NCBI RefSeq assembly: GCF_006345805.1
Contig: NC_043003.1
Span: 87,172,001-87,236,000, forward strand
DNA: 64,000 bases
Direction: 5' to 3'
From: Octopus sinensis
Lineage: Eukaryota
Shown here one piece after another: positions 61,441-64,000 of the stretch. Within the stretch, counting starts at the first letter, position 1. Every line of letters begins with the position of its first letter. Below the pieces are notes generated by a model. It saw only the letters and a program-made list of their open reading frames with translations. It searched no databases and was not told the DNA's origin. A program made the position numbers and the translations under genes.

Positions 61441-62075
61441 GACCACCATAGTCCTCAAGAAGTGCCATTACCAGTTTCCTTGGAATTTGTTTTGAAACGT
61501 TAGGAGATATTATCTGCAAGAATGTGGCACAAGTAAATCTAAAGATCCAATCTTCACAGTTACATTTGTTATCAAATAATATCTTATTAAAGAGACTTCA
61601 TTGTTATGTAAGCAAGTTGGTTAGCTAACTAACGGTACTTAGTAATGTACGTAGGTGGTCCTTTGCAGACTGATGAGGCTAGAGGGATTTCAAAGGTTTT
61701 GTATTCATTGAAATTATTTTGTAATTTTAGAAATAGTTACAAAGGTTAAACAAGTATTGATGCAGTTTTATTTTTATTATTCAGGATTAAATTATGATGA
61801 AGTATTTTATATTCCAATAATTAATGACTGCATTTATACTTCAGTGTTGTACACTATTTTCAGATTTAATTGATAAGATCTTAGACAAAATTGTATCGTT
61901 AATAAGCTTGCTTCACAATCACAATATTTCTGATTTAATCCTACAGTGTGGTCTCTAATCAATACCATGCAAGTAGAATTTGACAGAACGAAGCTTGTCA
62001 TTGTATGTATGTATGTATGTATGTATGTATGTATGTATTTATAGTGCCATGTGTTTCATGCCATGGAAAATTAAA

Positions 62076-62120
<45 letters not shown>

Positions 62121-62377
62121 CATGTGTGTGTGTACGTATCCTTTGTCAATACATATCAACAAATGAAGAAGTTGAAAAACCAGGGCTTTAGGGGAATGAT
62201 ATTCTAAGGTATTTATGTTTATAACTGTTGAAAACTGGTGTTGTTATTGTTTATATATCTCACAACCTAGTGGTTCAACAAATAGGATAGATAAGTACCT
62301 GATTGAAATAACTACTAAGTTAACATATAGTGGTTTCTCAGCATGGTGGCAATCCAATGAGAAAAACCAACAAATGT

Positions 62378-62745
62378 CATCATCATCATCATCATTGTTT
62401 AACGTCCACTTTCCATGCTAGCATGGGTTGGACGGTTCAACTGGGGTCTGGGAAGCCCGAAGGCTGCACCAGGCCAGTCAGATCTGGCAGTGTTTCTACA
62501 GCTGGATGCCCTTCCTAATGCCAACCACTCCGGGAGTGTAGTGGGTGCTTTTTATGTGCCACCGACACAGGTGCCAGACGAGGCTGGCGAACGGCCACGC
62601 TCGGATGGTGCTTTTTACATGCCACTGGCACGGCCACAATCGGATGGTATTTGTTATGTGCCACCAGCATGGAGGCCAGTTGATGCGGTGCTGGCTACGG
62701 CCACATTCTGATGGCTCTCTTATGTGCCACTGGCACTGGTACCAC
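62378..62745 (-). mobile_element. RTE 3'-tail fragment
   Basis: Conserved tail with 4 sub-repeats. Confidence 0.9.
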
Positions 62746-62948
62746 AAACTACAAATTCCATTGTATAAAAGCAATTTTGATTTTTAAATAGCTGATTATT
62801 TGCTGTTAAAATATGATGCAAATTGCTGCTAAGATTGAAAGGCCCCTTAAATACAAATGCTGTTTTGCTTCAAAAACAGCATTTGTAGTTGAATTTGAGC
62901 CTGGCAGTTGAATTTGAGTTAATGTAGTAAAATTAAATGATCATTACT

Positions 62949-63184
62949 TATTTCTTTATTGCCCACAGGGGGCTAAACATAGAGGGGACAAACAAGGACA
63001 GACAAAGATATTAAGTTGATTACATCGACCCCAGTGCGTAACTGGTACTTAATTTATCGGCACCGAAAAGATGAAAGGCAAAGTCGACCTCGGTGAAATT
63101 TGAACTCAGAATGTAACGGCAGATGAAATACCATTAAGCATTTCGTCCTGCGTGCTAACGTTTTTGCCAGCTTGTCGCCTTAAG
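62949..63184 (-). mobile_element. SINE family B with 11-bp TSD
   Basis: tgatcattact at 62938-62948 and 63185-63195. Confidence 0.92.
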
Positions 63185-64000
63185 TGATCATTACTATTAA
63201 GCTTTAGTTGTTTGACCAGTAACCTTTTCTTTTACATGCCTCAGTCATTTGACTACAGCCATGCTGGAGCACCACCTTAAAACTGACACTTCCTATCACC
63301 AGGATATATTCCTTTGTGCTTATGATAAAGACATTTAACTTTTAAATAATCCAATATTTGTATCAATAAAAACAAATACTCTATATACAAAAAAGTGTAA
63401 CCCACAGTTAAAAACAGTGAGAACTCTATATAATTGCCCCCATTATGTATTTAACTTTGAAAAGCATGAGAGTGTTTTGTGCTATATGCACCATAAAAAT
63501 ATTATATCTTCAAGTTTGTGCCTATCCTATTGAATGAGTTGTATGACTCTCATTTGTTTGTTTGTTGAATGTAGCTGATTAAAAGCGCAAGTGTTAGTCA
63601 AAATTTTCTCGTGCGAAAACTTGTTGTTATTGTTACTGTCGTTGTCTTGCTGGATCAGGTCTTGGATAGCTCCAAATTAATGGATATATACCATGAAAGG
63701 AGTCACAACATAAGCCAAATGTTTAAGAAATCCGCTTCCTAAATCACAAAGTCCTAGTTTCAATCTCACTATGTGGCATCTTGGACAAGTGTCTTTTATC
63801 AAAGCCTTGAGTTGAGGGAAGCCTTGGGAGTGAGATACAATAGACAGAAACTGTGCAGAAGCCTATAATGCAAATTTTATCTGTAATGGATTGTGTCTGT
63901 TATTCAATCTTGTCAAACATTATGTCACGTTGATTCTGTCAGGGGTTTACATTCAGAACACTGGTGTCAGTGGAATGCTTGGTCACTTACATGTTAATTC

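Noticed and set aside
61665-61720. CTGATGAG as an HHR
   Set aside because: No stem II or properly placed GAAA.

Overview
AT-rich, repeat-saturated animal DNA. The SINE/LINE repertoire and microsatellite load suggest an octopus (cephalopod) genome; this is inference from recalled repeat families, not a database result. I recognise no host-gene exon, so the window looks intergenic or intronic. Nearly all ORF-track entries are microsatellite translations or decayed transposon fragments. Main content: (i) one near-full-length, frameshifted RTE-clade LINE (about 43.2-47.7 kb, APE+RT) plus roughly 20 truncated copies of its 3' tail; (ii) a same-strand stack of R4/Dong-like RLE retrotransposon fragments in (TAA)n arrays (50.5-56.5 kb); (iii) Tc1, mariner, maT, pogo, hAT and piggyBac-MITE relics; (iv) at least four tRNA-derived SINE families; (v) Penelope-like (PLE) GIY-YIG relics with many fold-back inverted repeats. 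The most notable signal is a set of about a dozen minimal type-I hammerhead ribozyme (HHR)-like motifs read by eye. These include a 404-405 bp tandem dimer with one variant HHR per monomer (retrozyme-like architecture, 15.1-15.9 kb) and an 843 bp palindrome with an HHR in each arm (25.8-26.7 kb). Ends of decayed repeats are approximate; stem, TIR and TSD coordinates were counted from the sequence. No folding, alignment or database search was run.
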